Below are positions 1 through 13,252 of a stretch of 64,000 bases of DNA, piece by piece. Source of the DNA: Eledone cirrhosa. Its lineage: Eukaryota. The stretch is from assembly GCA_964016885.1 (NCBI GenBank), contig OZ024743.1, positions 153,388,001 to 153,452,000 on the forward strand. The letters run 5' to 3'. The notes below the pieces were generated by a model. The model saw only the letters and a program-made list of their open reading frames with translations. It had not been told where the DNA came from and ran no database searches. Made by a program: the position numbers and the translations under genes. Position 1 is the stretch's first letter. The number at the start of each line of letters is the position of its first letter.

Positions 1-51
1 TTGTTTTATTCATTATTTTTTTTTATATTTTATGTATATATATATATATTT

Positions 52-113
<62 letters not shown>

Positions 114-199
114 TCATGTTATCAATAATGTAGTGATAATATATCGTCACGTTAGAGATGAACAGCGTACGTGTAGGTTTGCTCAACGAGTATAAATTA

Positions 200-1062
200 T
201 ATTCCGGAGAAAATGTAGAAAAGATGAATATAAAATGAAAGTGCTTTTACAAAGGAATTTATTAGGTATTGACATATGTTTCTGTAACAGACGGAATACC
301 TATGTATCGCTGCTTGCGTAATCATATAATGTTAGCAAGTATTCGATAGCAAATGTATAATCAGTTGTCACTTCTTCAGAGATATTGGATAAATTGGAAA
401 AAATCAGAAAAATTGAAGAATTTATAATAGTTGTAAGAAAGGAAGAAGAGAGGGGATAGTATATGACAGATAGCAATTCGATTTACTGGTAAACAAGTAT
501 ATAAAAGTTTTCTAATGAGAATACAATGAGTATATGGTTTATTTTATCTAAATAAGAATTTTTGGGAGTGCCTATTTTAATCTATACTTGACCAATTGAA
601 CAATGGACAGGGCTGGTCGTTTGGTGTAGTAGTATTAATAGATATAAAGTGTCAATTAAGGAAGAGGGAGATTTTCACTGCTACTGAATAACAACAATGC
701 TGGTAGCCTGCTGGTATAGGCATTAGGGAATTGAATTAAGAAATCTCATTTTATCTATAGCAGTTTATATTAAATGGTAAAGAATAGAAGTGTTGATAGA
801 ATTAAGACTAATAGAGAATGTTAATATGTATTTTGACAATCAAACGGAGATGGAGACAGGCGTTCAATCCTGGTAGTGTTTGTAATATGAAAATGTAGAT
901 TTCAAGCGATGGTTACAGTATAACGATCGCTCTATTCTGTTATTTAATAAAATATTTTTGGATTTCGTAATACAAAATAATTCCATATTACACAATTTAC
1001 AAAATTCCTGTCCGTGGAAATGCAGGGGCAGATGCTATTATATCCCATTTTAGGTTAAATAT
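200..1062 (-). mobile_element. Penelope-like element 3' fragment (GIY-YIG C-terminus plus 3'UTR/pLTR)
   Basis: Minus-strand translation near 865-1050 gives KWDIIASAP..FCKLCNMELFCITKSKNILLNNRIERSLYCNHR, matching the C-terminal CxLC..E..LLN..CxH pattern of the PLE ORF at 5252-6193; hammerhead downstream. Confidence 0.6.
265..385 (-). ncRNA. Hammerhead ribozyme (PLE type, long stem II)
   Basis: Minus strand reads CTGAAGA-(about 85 nt)-GAAA-CATATG-TC, with palindromic stem III ACATATGT and GUC cleavage triplet; stem I is weak. Confidence 0.55.
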
Positions 1063-1069
1063 ACATATG

Positions 1070-1505
1070 ATGTATTATCTTCGTTTTTCCGTTCATTGTC
1101 AGAGAACGTCTCTATGAACCACCTAATAGAATATAAGTCTACGACTTCTTTTACACCATAAACTTGGTTTTGTCTTTGCGTGTAATTGTTTTTCACCGCT
1201 CCAAATAATGACGTATTATATTCGTTTTTTCCCGTTCTTTGCCAGGGAACGTTTCCACGAACCAAAGTATCGTCTTCCTGTCTTCCTCCGGTTGTAGCGT
1301 TTTTTAAAATATTCACTTCTGCGTTCACAGATTGACTTTGTTAGTTTCAGAAGATCCCGTTAAGGGTGGAAGCAGCGATTCTTTGCTTAAACTTTAATCT
1401 GTTATTTTAATAAATATTTGCTCTACGTTTCTTATATATTTGATATATATTTATCCTTATCGAGCCCTCTTTGGATTTTAGTCTTCAAATTTATTATTAT
1501 TACTA
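1070..1505 (+). repeat. Dispersed non-coding repeat family A (PLE pLTR-like) with variant hammerhead
   Basis: Similar copies at 1510-1875(-), 11035-11225, 12745-13092, 19135-19500, 58850-59095; core agttt-CAGAAGA-tcccgttaagggt-G(G/A)AA-gca..tgc-tta-aact. Confidence 0.75.
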
Positions 1506-1509
1506 TATA

Positions 1510-1875
1510 TATATTAAAATAACAGAGTTATGTTTAAGCAAAGAATCGCTGCTTTCACTTTTAACCGGATCTTCTGAAACTAAAAAACCAATCTGTGAGC
1601 GCAGAAGTAAATATTTTGAAAAACGTTGCATCCGAAGAAAAACAGGAAGACCATACATTGGTTCGTGAAGACGTTCACTGGCAATGAACGGAAAAAACGA
1701 GGATAAAACGTCGTTATGTGGATCGATGACAACAAATACACGCAAAGACAAACCACGTTTATGGAAAATGAAGTCAAAGACTACTATTTAGGAAACCGAA
1801 TGATTCTCGGCTACAGAGTTAAGAATAATGTAAATAAATCAGTAGAACGAAAATGACAGATGTTATCAAAATCAA
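1510..1875 (-). repeat. Repeat family A, inverted copy
   Basis: Reverse complement of 1070-1415-type sequence; the two copies are joined across a short TA tract. Confidence 0.75.
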
Positions 1876-3647
1876 ATAATTAAATACATACATCCACGCA
1901 TCTATATACGTACATACACAGGCATACGCAAAACAGATTCAACATGCACACCCATTCTTTTCTTAACCCCGAGAATTGGGTTTGTTGATGCATTGTGGTG
2001 ATGTGTTCTCACGTGTGTTTGGTTGTGATGATGTTATATGCTTAAGTTTTGTATTAGGTGTTATGGTACTTATTTGCGGGCCACTTGTATTATAAATTCT
2101 TTTAGAGTTAATTTTATGTATGTGCGATTCTATGTTGTTGGCAGTGTAGTATGATAGTTTGATGTTTTTTTTTATTAAAGATTTTATGATATTTATGAAT
2201 TTTAGGGAAATGTTTGTCAACTAATTTGAAGAAAGTATAAGGTAGCTTAGTTTTTATAGAGGAGTTAAACATTGGATTGAACCATAAGTAGTTTCTATTT
2301 CTGCATCTTCTATAGTTATTAGTGGTCTTTGTATTAGTATTCTGTTCCTTTAATTTACGTGCTTGTTGCCAATAAAATAATTTATAATACAAGTAGCCCG
2401 CAAATAAGTACCATAACACCTAATACAAAACATAAGCATATAACATCATCACAACCAAACAGACATCAGAGCACATCACCACAATACATCAACAAACCTA
2501 ATTATCAGCCCATACATAGCAACCTACAAAACCATATCGAAGAACTGGCGCATAGAAACGCATCTAAATGTAATTGCCATCTACCTGACAATTGCCCTTT
2601 ACAAAATAGATGCCTAGAGACAAATATAGTATACTATGTACTATAAATTTAGGTAGCTTAGCATGAAATTACATTGGTTCCACACCTGGGGAGTTTAAGA
2701 AAATGTGGTACGTACATAGACACTCTAAGACTAACAGGAATCTCTCAAAGACAACGACTCTCACCAATAAAATTTGGCAACTGACAGATGCAAACATGGA
2801 ATATATAATCAGCTGGACAAAGCTAACAAATTGGTATGCCCCACTGTGGTCTCTGTAATATGGAACTTTTCCAAATTTTAAATTACAACAAAATTCTTCT
2901 TAACAGTAAAATTGAAAAATTTATTTTTGGGCGACATAAATCGGCGACTAAATTTGAGAACTTTAGACCAGCTTAATTCCATCCTATCTATTCCATAACC
3001 CAGATTGTACCACTTAGATCTATTATGATATCACATTATCAACATCATCATCATTATAATTATAATTATAATTATAATTGTCATCATCTATCAAAGAACA
3101 ACATCAAAAGCTCTTATATTTACATTCTTATTTATATATCTCTATTTTTCACTCTTTATGTTTATATTTCTCTCCCTAAATTTATTTCATCTCTGTCATT
3201 TGATGTTATCATATAATATAACTTAAAACTAATTAATTTATTTATTTATCAAAATAACCATTACACTCATAAATATATTTAACATTATCATATTTTCACC
3301 TTATTATCTCTCCATATATTTCAACAATTCTCAAAAACCATTCTAAACAATTTTAATATGTTTAAATATTCTTCGCACATTTTTTCTCTTTTTACTCCTT
3401 TTACGTATTTATTTTTATACTTCAATTTTCACATTTTATACCATTTTATATCACATTAGATATAACTTATTTATTCATTCATTTATTTATTTATTTATTT
3501 ATCAATTTTTATATATTTTTTAATATATTTTTTCATATATTTTTTATATATCTACTTTTATTTTTATTTACATTTATTCATGTATTAACATTTATTCATT
3601 TATTTGTCCCTCTATTCTTCTTTCTATCCCACGTTATTTCTACTAAT

Positions 3648-3830
3648 GTAGCGGTGTATTGGCTTTATCGGTAGAGAGTCAGACGCCATGCTTTCTAGTA
3701 TAGTTACGTCCCTTTACGGTCTGAGTTCAAATCCCGCCGAGGTTAACTTTACCTTTCATCCTTACGGGGTCAATAAAATAAAGTACCAGTAATGTACTGG
3801 CCTTGTGCCAAAAGTAGAAACAGTTATTTC
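3648..3830 (+). mobile_element. tRNA-derived SINE
   Basis: B-box GAGTTCAAATCCC; core cctttcatccttacggggtc(a/g)ataaaataaagtaccag repeated at 24628-24812, 52057-52150 and 55848-56012. Confidence 0.75.
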
Positions 3831-4110
3831 TACTTATGTTTGTCTCTCCTATATCTACCATCATCTTCTATATTTCTATATCTCTTTATATTTCTATATC
3901 TCTTTATATTTCTATCTATAATAATTTCTCCTTTTTCATCTTCTTTCTCTTTTTCTTTTTCTTTCTTCTTCTTTCTCCTTCCTTTCCTTTCTTTCTTTAC
4001 TTATCTATCTCCCTTTCTTCCTCCTTTTCTCTATATATCTTTATTATTAATATTATTATTGATGATGTACTTTGAATTTGTATATTTGCCGGTTACATAT
4101 ATTTTTTAAA

Positions 4111-4213
4111 CAGTTTCCGAAGATGTAATAGACTTAACATCGTATTGAGTGGCACTGCTTTTAGTGTTCAGCAATTTTTAGACAACTCTATCAGTGAAAC
4201 AATTGTTAGACTG
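4111..4213 (+). ncRNA. Hammerhead-like motif (CCGAAGA core variant, long stem II)
   Basis: Stem I CAGTT/GACTG; core CCGAAGA; GAAA at 4196; palindromic stem III ACAATTGT; UUA triplet. Confidence 0.5.
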
Positions 4214-4303
4214 CAAATAAATCACCTTTTTGTACTGTTGACCATGTTATTCTCCACCTTTTCAATTTTATATATATATATATATATATAGGAACAAATA
4301 TGA

Positions 4304-4396
4304 CCCCGACGGCAGAGCTCAAGCCGTTTCGACGGCTATTTCTGGACTAAATACGAGTTTTTATCCTGGTAAATAAATAGCCGAACTTCTCAGGGG
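4304..4396 (-). ncRNA. Type I hammerhead ribozyme in inverted pLTR
   Basis: Minus strand: CCCC-TGAGAA, stem II CGGCTATTT/AAATAGCCG, GAAA, stem III ACGGC/GCCGT, GUC triplet, GGGG. Confidence 0.6.
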
Positions 4397-4751
4397 TATT
4401 ACTTTAACGGACAAAACTGGAAACCTCTACTTCATCAACGCCGACAGATACTACACATTGATCAGGAGCAGCCTAAACTCCACCTATAAAAAGTATCGAG
4501 GACATAAATCGAGATGGTCAACAAATTACCTCCCGGCTCGGGGTCGCCGACTGCACTGAATCCCTAGACCCAAGGACTTCCTACTTCACACTGAAGGACC
4601 ACAAATCCGACTTCGACCGCAAACCCAACGAAGTCCAACATAGGGAGAATCAGTAAGAAAAATCCTAGACCGCGTTAAACCAAAAGTTAAGCAAAATGCC
4701 AGACTTAACTAATGGGTCAACACCCAGGAAGTAATCTTATGGTTCAGCAAT

Positions 4752-6193
4752 ATGGAGGAAAAACAAGACACAAAATTCATCCAGTTTGACATAGAGAGTT
4801 ACTATGCATCAATTACCTTACCGCTCCTTACGGCCGACCTGGACTTTGCCGAATATTTCACGCCCATCACCGACCAGGAAAGAAATATCATCCTCCACGC
4901 CAGGAAGACAGTCCTACCTTTCGACAACTCCAAATGGATAAAGAGAGCTCCCGACTCCCCCTTCGACGTCAGTATGGGCGCGACGGATTCGGCTGAGGTC
5001 ACAGATCTTATAGGATTATTTCTACTATTTAAACTCACCGAAATGTTTCCTGCATTCGGTGGTGGATTGTACCGCGATGATGGGATCCTCACCCTCAAAG
5101 GGTACAACCCCAGTAGTACGGACCGGGTCCGTAAACAACTAATCAGCTTCTTCCGGGACTGGGGATTTAAAATAACCCTACAAACGTCCCTAACCCGAGT
5201 AAACTTCCTGGACGTCACCCTTAACCTCGACAATGATCTGTACAATGATCTTTGGTTTCATACAGGAACCCAAACGACAACCTGCATTACATCCACCGCC
5301 GATCGGACCATCCTAGAAGCATCACCAATAACCTGGTTAAAAACATCTCCCTCCGCATATCTCGTTTCTCCGCTAATGAGCAGATATTCGACGAACATGC
5401 GACTTATTACAAACAGGCCTTCCGGGAGGAAATATCCTATTATCCAGCTTCCATTAGCGGAACCAGCAGGCGACACCGCCGCTCACGCAACGTAACGTGG
5501 TTCAATCCTCCCCACAATGCCGAGGTGACAACGCCTATCGGCAATATTTTCTTTAAGCTCCTCGAAAAACACTTCCTACTACAACACCGCTACCACAACA
5601 TAATCAATAAAAACACCATCAAACTCTCCTACAGCACCACACCTAACTTTGCACAAAACATCGTCTCCTCTAACAACAAAAAACTCAACCCCTATGGAAG
5701 AAATAACCTAGACACCAGTGGAGAGCCGACCAGGAGGTGTAACTGTCCTGATAGATCCATGTGCCCCCTCAACAACAGATGCCGAGATCGTAATGTGATC
5801 TACCAGTGCAACGTGAGGACGGACACCTCCAACAAAGTTTATATAGGATTAACCGCTTGTGACTTCAAGACCCAGCTCTACCAACACCGACATACTTTCC
5901 GAAACCCGGCCCGGCGACATGCCACTACACTTTTGGGCCACATCTGGGACCTCAAAGATAATTATATAACCTACAGTCTCACTTGGAGCTTATTGTCCAG
6001 AGCCAACTCTTACACGGGAGGACACCGTCCATGTAACTTATGCTCGGAGGAAACATTACAAATGCTGTTTTCGAAGGACCAACTCCTAAACAAGAAAGAC
6101 GAACTGGTAACCGCATGTAAACACAGATTGCGTAGGACTTACCTCACCCTCAAACCCCATAATGACCGGGGGGGGGGAGTAGACAAGGGCTGA
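4752..6193 (+). pseudogene. PLE reverse transcriptase plus GIY-YIG endonuclease, frameshifted near 5250
   Basis: FDIESYY, FDVSMGATDSAEVTDLIG, LYRDDG, VNFLDVTL; then WFNPP, CNC-CPL-C, VYIGLT..FK..H, CNLCSEE, LLNKKDEL..CKH. Confidence 0.85.
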
Positions 6194-7147
6194 TACCCCA
6201 CTTGCCGATTTTGTAAGGGGTTACCCCTGCTTACAAAGGTAGACGTAACTTTTTTATCTTTTCCTCTATGTTTCCTTCTCCCCCCATCTCTTCCTAGTCC
6301 TTCCAACCCCATATCTCCTTCCTCGTCTCTTTTTTTTACCTTTCGCCTACCCCGATGCAGCCCATCGGTCCTCTGTAGCCTCAGTACCCCCTCCCCCCTA
6401 ATTTTAAGATAGAATTGGCCGATTACGCTTTTTATAGCAGATGTATTACACCCCAGCAAAAACTTCTTTCTTTTTGGTTGCTGCTCCATTTCTATGATTT
6501 CTAAATTTTTTAGTGGTATTTTTGTATTAGTATTTTGTATTAGTATTTTCGTATTAGTATTTTTCTATTAGTATTAATATTTTTGTAGTAGTATTTTAGT
6601 ATTTTTGTTCTCAACTTATTAACCTGTCATTGTAAGATAGCATTGTAAGATAGCATTGTAAGATAGCATTACTAACTATCTATAGCAGCGGTGTTAGACC
6701 CCCTTATGAAGCCGGCTTTATAAAATTCTTTCACTACAATCTCGTATTTAGTATTTTTCCCAATCTCCACCTATTAAACTTTTCTATAGCTTAGCAATAC
6801 CAATGAGAAATATGGTGATTGTAGAAAAGGAGTAGTAACCAGAAATTGTTTTTATATATTTATTTCCTTATTTTTATAATGGTTTTTTTTTTATCCCTTT
6901 CGATTTACCTATTCTTTCAACCCCCCATTCTCTTCTCCAGTACACTTTTTTCGACCTTTTATACACTATCCTTAGAATCTGCTGTATAGATTTTAATTTC
7001 AACGTTTCACTGGGTTTCCCCCACTCCCTCTTTGTTCTACCGGCAAGTTCAACCACCCCTACCTCCCACCAAATGCCATGATCTGTCTTTACAACAAATT
7101 TTTGACCAATCCTCTTGACAATTACTATCTTCCCATATAAGGTAATA

Positions 7148-7241
7148 CCCCCTGAGAAGTTCGGCTATTTATTTACCAGTATAACAATTCTTATTTAGTC
7201 GAGAAATAGCCGTCGAGACGGCTTGAGCTCTGCCGTCGGGG
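7148..7241 (+). ncRNA. Hammerhead copy in 3' pLTR (GAAA mutated to GAGA)
   Basis: Same fold as 4304-4396; probably inactivated. Confidence 0.5.
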
Positions 7242-7333
7242 TCATACTTGTTCCTATTACCCACTCTACTACCCTAAGTATTGCGTACTTTGATGCGTTA
7301 TGGTCCATATGGTTCCTTACCACGATTCCTTCG

Positions 7334-7374
<41 letters not shown>

Positions 7375-8167
7375 GCGTGCAAAAAAAATGACCTATTATA
7401 CTCTGGTATACATAGCCTGATCATTAAATATGATAATGTTACTTTTCTTTTTATCTTTCAATTTCTTACCCTTTAATTCATAATATACTTTTTTATCTTT
7501 CCTCCACTATCTTAAAATACATCACTCCCTCTAATTATTTTATTTATAATGATTCCTTCTATATTAACCCTCTTGATTAATTTCTTTTCACACGTATATT
7601 CATATTTGTAAGTATAATGCTAACACCTATTTTCCTTTTTTTTAATATTTACTTAGCAATTCTATTAAATAAGTGTTTTTGTTTCATAATCAAATTCTCT
7701 CCCTTTCATCAGATTCATGCCCCTTGCTATATACACCTGTTTTATATCACAAATATCTTATAAACGGTTAGCTTCTTTGAATTTAAAATGTATTATAATG
7801 CTATTTTGATCCTTCATATGTCGACTGGTACGCTTCGCCTTTTTCATGTAATGTAGTCCCTATATCCAGCGACATGTAATTTTGAACTTTATATTTATTT
7901 TCATTTTGGTTCTGAGCATGAAATATTATCATTTTTTAGTTATATCATTTGTTATTATCGATTATATAATCGATAATTTTCATTCTTATGAACTGAATTC
8001 TGATATGATTTTTTAAACAATTGAAAGCCATTAAACATATTTGTTCAAGAATTTACTATTGTTTTCTCTAATATTTAATTTCTGTAAATGATGATATATA
8101 TGTATATATATATATGTATATATATTTGTGTATATATGTATGTATATATGTATATGTGTATGTATAT

Positions 8168-8877
<710 letters not shown>

Positions 8878-9189
8878 GTATGCATATTTACATATATATA
8901 TATATGTTTATATATGTATAAATGTATATGTATATATATATATGTATATGTATATATATGTATATATGTATATGTATATGTGTATATATATGCATATATA
9001 TATAGGTCAGGTCATATGTCAGGTCACTCTTGAGTGCTACTGGTAACATGTAAACCAGTACAACCTGCAGGACAAAATACAATATCTGACAAAGGACGGA
9101 AGAACTCATAGGAGTCATTGGCTATCCAAAAATGCGTAAATATATATATACACCTGTACATATGTATGTGTATGTGTATGCGTGTGTAT

Positions 9190-9924
9190 ATGCCTGGGGT
9201 GTCAAGGAGGGGCATGTACCTCTGTAGGGGGGGGGGGGGGGGCTAGTCATGCTCTTTTCAGGACAGCTCGTTCTGCATTGGGTCCCCCCTGACACTCAGC
9301 TATCACCTGTAGCCCCAAGAATCTGTAACGTGCGACAGCGGCCACACTCCGGTAAACCGCATTGGCTGGTGGGCCGAACCAGGTTGAACGTAGCCGGACG
9401 GGTCTGAAACCCCCCCCCCCCCCGGTGAGTTAGATAGGGGATGCCTACCCCTGCATGCGAAGACTAGACCTGGCAGAGTGAGTGGAGGAGGACAACATCG
9501 TCCCAACGGTCACCAAGGCGGTGACAGCAAGCGGTGTGGAGCGCTAGGGCACGGCAAGGCACTACAGATATCGTCGTGGCCATCCACTGCAGCCAAGGAA
9601 GTACCTGGTCGTGACGGTCCTCCGTACCACCGGATTCTGGTTTCTGCGGTCGAGTGAGTGGGACCGTCAATGTGCACTGGCCTTCCCACTATAAACCTTT
9701 CCCGCACAGGTGTCTTCTTTAGTGTGCACTCCCAAAGCCCTGCCGCGATGGGCGAGAGGTGGGGGTAACAGGTGGAGAAAACCTTCGGGGAGTTGCCAGG
9801 CTGACTCCGGTCTCTTCCCCTGCCCCCACTGTTCCCGGACCTGCAAGACCTTCGTTCCTACGGCAGACGGGAATAACAATAAAGTAGATGTCACCATCGT
9901 TTACGATTGACAACCAAGAGAAGA

Positions 9925-9925
<1 letters not shown>
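9190..9925 (+). mobile_element. Internally deleted RTE-like element (5'UTR-like region fused to zinc-finger 3' end)
   Basis: GC-rich leader followed by FPCPHCSRTC, resembling the C-terminal zinc finger of RTE/BovB-type LINEs; flanked by microsatellite. Confidence 0.4.
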
Positions 9926-9993
<68 letters not shown>

Positions 9994-10453
9994 AAGTAAA
10001 TAATCGAGAATCAGAATCTCGGCCCACGAAATAACGATAAACAATCTTCGACATGTGTGGCAGAGGGCTCAATAGTTTGGATAAACCAGAGCTATAACTA
10101 TATTTAAAATACCAACACATAGAGACGATGCCTAAAATCATTCGCACAGCCGAAAAAAACGACCAGGAAAATTTGGGTCACTCAAATAATAAATTAATAA
10201 ATTAATAAATTAAATGAATGTAAAAACTCACCCGGACCCGCTAGAAGGATGTTAAATTCTACCTTTTTGGGTTTCTGCAGTTCCTTAATCAATTACTGTC
10301 AGCCCACATAAAAAAATATATCTGACTTCTAGTAAAGAGACGAACGAGGAAACTGCTTTCTCAGCGGATGTTTCGTTCAAAAATACAGGGGGACCCGTTA
10401 CTGAACGCACATGTAGTCCAGCAAGGGAGGGAACCCCTATATATATATATATA

Positions 10454-10590
10454 TTTATTAAAATAACAGATTAAAGTTTTAGCAAAGAATCGCTGCTTTC
10501 ACCCTTAACGGGATCTTTCAGAAGATCCCGTTAAGGGTGAAAGCAGCGATTCTTTGCTTAAACTTTAATCTGTTATTTTAATAAATATAT
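10454..10590. repeat. Near-perfect palindrome of about 135 bp built from repeat family A
   Basis: tttattaaaataacagattaaagttt..gggatctt-tcag-aagatccc..aaactttaatctgttattttaataaa. Confidence 0.9.
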
Positions 10591-11221
10591 ATATATATGT
10601 GTGTGTGTGTGTAAAATCCCGACTGTGGCATGAAGTGGTTTCAGCTTGTAGTGTGCGGGAGAGAAGACTGCATTGGTATGGTCATGTGATGTGCATGGTG
10701 GATGACTGCTGTTATTTTAATAAATATATATATATAGGGGTTCCCTCCGACTGGTACGCTTCGCCTTTTTCATGTAATCTAGTCCCTATATCCTGCGACA
10801 TGTAATTTTGAACTTTATATTTATTTTCATTTTGGTTCTGAGCATGAAATATTATCATTTTTTAGTTATATCATTTGTTATTATCGATTATATAATCGAT
10901 AATTTTCATTCTGTGGGGGTAACAGGTGAAGAAAACCTCGGGGAGTTGCCAGGCTGACTCCGGTCTCTTCCCCTGCCCCCACTGTTCCCGGACCTGCAAG
11001 ACCTTCGTTCCCACCGCAGACGGGAATAACAATAAAGAATCGCTGCTTTCACCCTTAACGGGATCTTTCAGAAGATCCCGTTAAGGGTGAAAGCAGCGAT
11101 TCTTTGCTTAAACTTTAATCTGTTATTTTAATAAATATTTGCTCTACGGTTCTTATATATTTGATATATATTTATCCTTATCGACCCCTCTTTGGATTTT
11201 AGTCTTCAAATTTATTATTAT

Positions 11222-11286
<65 letters not shown>

Positions 11287-12078
11287 TACACATACATACT
11301 ATATACAAAACGAGTAGGAGATAACTTCACCCTACATATATATATATATACATATATACATATATATACATAAACACACACATATATATATATCTGCTAT
11401 ATAAATGGCAACTTCTGTCTGTCCGTGTATGTGTATAACCAGTTGGTGCCTACACCAGTGATCCGAACACGGTGAAACTTTACACACATGTTTAGCTCAT
11501 ATTCAGAAACATGACTGGCTAATTGGATGTCAATAAAAATTAATAATCGAACCACTGGTGACATCTTTACAATGGAGGAGGAAAGAAAAGACGTTTTAGT
11601 GAGAGTGAGGTAAGAGGAGATACTACTACTCTATATTAAAGCCTCCCTCCCATTAGCCCTCTTTCTACTCCCACAACTCAGTCCTCTAAAACGAGGCAAC
11701 AACTTATTTGTTTTTTTTTTGTTCTTCATTCTGTGGAGAAATAGAGGGATTGGATGGGAGAGAGGGGATAAGAGAGAAAGCGAGGGGGTGAAAGAGAGCG
11801 GGAAATGAGAGAAAGAGAGAGAGAGGGGAATAAGGGAGGGAGAGAAAGAGGAAGAGAGCCAAAGAAAGAGGGACAGGGGTAACTAGGAAAGAGAGAAAAA
11901 GAAAGCAGAAAAATGATAACATAGATAAACACTTCTTAACTCACCCCTTTCTTAACGTTACTCCCTTTTCTCTCTCTTTATCACAAAAGTTGTAATGGGA
12001 CAGTGTGTGTATGTGAGCGTGTGTGTATCGGTGTTCTTAAATTAGAGACAAGTGTGTCTGTTTATCGCCGTACTTAAG

Positions 12079-12134
<56 letters not shown>

Positions 12135-12184
12135 TTATCACCGTACTTAAATTAGAGACAAATATATGTTTGTTTGTAATATAT

Positions 12185-12600
12185 ATACAAGCAGAGGTAC
12201 CCGGCGTTGCTCGGGTACTAAGTAGCATTTGTTTATACCATTTATGTCAATACTTCAGTGCTGCTTCGAAAACTATACTTTTACAAAATCATGGGCTTTT
12301 TCCAAAATGGGGTTCCTGCCGCCAAGTGTCCCTTACTCAATATGTGCCAATTCTGAGAGTTCACATTTATCTGTAGGAGAAACGTAGCCAATGTGTCAAG
12401 TTTTGTGAAAATCGGTTGCGAACTCCAGAAGTTATGACGTTTAGTTGCATTGCACTGCAGCGCTTCAGTCGACTCAAAGGAAGTGGTGAAAGGGGGTTAT
12501 CTGCCGGGAGGCCCTATAATCAATATTTGGAAAAATGGAGTACATAAGTAACCGATGTCTTAAGTTTGGTGAAAATACTGTCGAAATTCATAAGTTTTAT
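12185..12600 (-). mobile_element. Non-autonomous Helitron-like 3' end
   Basis: Minus-strand hairpin CCCGAGCAACGCCGGG, identical to that at 14557, followed by a CTTG-T terminus. Confidence 0.45.
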
Positions 12601-12744
12601 ACATACGCGCGCACGCGTGCGTGCGTGTGTTTGTGTGTGTGTGTGTGTTTGTGGGTGTGTATGTATTTGTGTGTGCGTATGTATGTGTATGTCCGTCGGG
12701 GCATACGTATGTACTGGCCTAAATCTTCACTAATTTTTTTACTA

Positions 12745-13089
12745 TTTTAATAACCTCTGTCATTTTCGTTTTCAATTTTATTTACATCATACTTAAACTC
12801 CGGGGCTGGAAATCATTCTGTTATTTTAAATAGAATTTTAGTCTAACGACTCCATTTATACCATAAACTTGGTCTTCGGTCCACATAACGACGTATTATC
12901 CTCGCTTTTTTCCGTTCATTACCAGGGAACGTCTTCACGAACCAAAATATCGTCTTCCTGTTTTCCTTCGGTTGCAAGGTTTCTCGAAATATTTACTTCT
13001 GCGTTCACAGATTAAATTTTTTAGTTTCAGAAGATCCCGTTAATGTTGAAAGCAGCGATTCTTTGCTTAAACTTTAATCTGTTCTTATA

Positions 13090-13092
<3 letters not shown>
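12745..13092 (+). repeat. Repeat family A copy
   Basis: Matches 1070-1410 and 19135-19500; CAGAAGA core at about 13028. Confidence 0.75.
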
Positions 13093-13154
<62 letters not shown>

Positions 13155-13194
13155 CGAAACATAAGTCAATTGCATGAACTCATAATCCTTTATT

Positions 13195-13252
13195 TACTGC
13201 TATATATATTTCGATGATAGCCATTGAATGGCTATGACCTCATCAGGCAGTT
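13195..13252 (-). ncRNA. Canonical minimal hammerhead ribozyme (PLE type)
   Basis: Minus strand: ACTGC-CTGATGA-g..ATAGCCAttcaaTGGCTAT..c-GAAA-TATATA-TA-GCAGT; full CUGAUGA/GAAA/UH core, stem I ACTGC/GCAGT, palindromic stem III. Confidence 0.8.

Larger units (their letters stand above)
1963..4260 (+). mobile_element. Decayed Penelope-like element with inverted 5' segment (1963-2360 on minus strand)
   Basis: Minus part encodes WFNPMFN..FFKLVDKHFPKIHKYHKIFN..IKLSY; plus part encodes CNCHLPDNCPLQNRCLETNIVY, then YIGST..FK and CGLCNME..LLN across stops and frameshifts; hammerhead at the 3' end. Confidence 0.7.
4289..7256 (+). mobile_element. Penelope-like retroelement (Naiad-like), 5'-truncated, bounded by inverted pLTR copies
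   Basis: RT followed by GIY-YIG coding region; 4289-4402 is the reverse complement of about 7142-7256. Confidence 0.85.

Noticed and set aside
3648-3745. tRNA gene
   Set aside because: A/B-box-like motifs without a cloverleaf, followed by a repeated SINE body.
5252-6193. Selenocysteine (in-frame TGA at Cys positions), reported for some Naiad elements
   Set aside because: The conserved Cys positions I could read in the PLE relics are ordinary Cys codons.
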